A DNA stretch of 64,000 bases from Chloropicon primus (Eukaryota): assembly GCA_023205875.1 (NCBI GenBank), contig CP060762.1:124001-188000 (forward strand). The letters run 5' to 3'. This document shows positions 63,948 to 64,000 of this stretch, piece by piece. The notes under the pieces were generated by a model. That model was not told the DNA's origin. It ran no database searches and was given only the letters and a program-made list of their open reading frames with translations. Every line of letters starts with the position of its first letter. Position 1 is the first letter of the stretch. The position numbers and the translations under genes were made by a program.

Positions 63948-64000
63948 TGCGTGTCGATGCGTGCGATAGTCGATCTATCTAAAGCCTAGTAGTTTTCAAG

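Noticed and set aside
63855..63950. (CT)n/(GT)n tracts here and throughout the spacers and introns
   Set aside because: Ordinary microsatellites; no transposon termini or transposase seen anywhere in the window.

Overview
Gene-dense eukaryotic nuclear DNA, not a prokaryote. It has short GT-AG introns with CTGAC-like branch points, strong G/C bias at third codon positions (which creates many antisense shadow ORFs), microsatellite-rich spacers and organelle-targeting leaders. Gene content (PHR2, TGD5-like, plastid IscA/SufA, RWP-RK, DUO3/GON4L-like, glucuronokinase) points to a compact green alga; a Chloropicon-like prasinophyte is my inference, unverified. About 38 protein genes were reconstructed, several spliced by hand and missing or truncated in the ORF track, plus one solitary 5S rRNA gene. 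Highlights: (1) a tandemly expanding cluster of F-box-like + ankyrin-like repeat genes (57.5-62.4 kb) whose 87-nt repeats have a near-invariant nucleotide scaffold but hypervariable codons at fixed positions, resembling a diversifying receptor repertoire; (2) two candidate bicistronic loci, NUDT1-tRNA isopentenyltransferase (5-nt gap) and PH protein-TAD2 (46-nt gap), both ending in a tRNA-modifying enzyme; (3) TOP3B with an N-terminal PAM2 motif and RG repeats; (4) an ankyrin-malonyl-CoA:ACP transacylase fusion; (5) an AA12-like PQQ sugar dehydrogenase; (6) a perfect 16-bp hairpin abutting a telomere-like motif at 50.8 kb. All product calls come from motif recognition by eye, with no database search.
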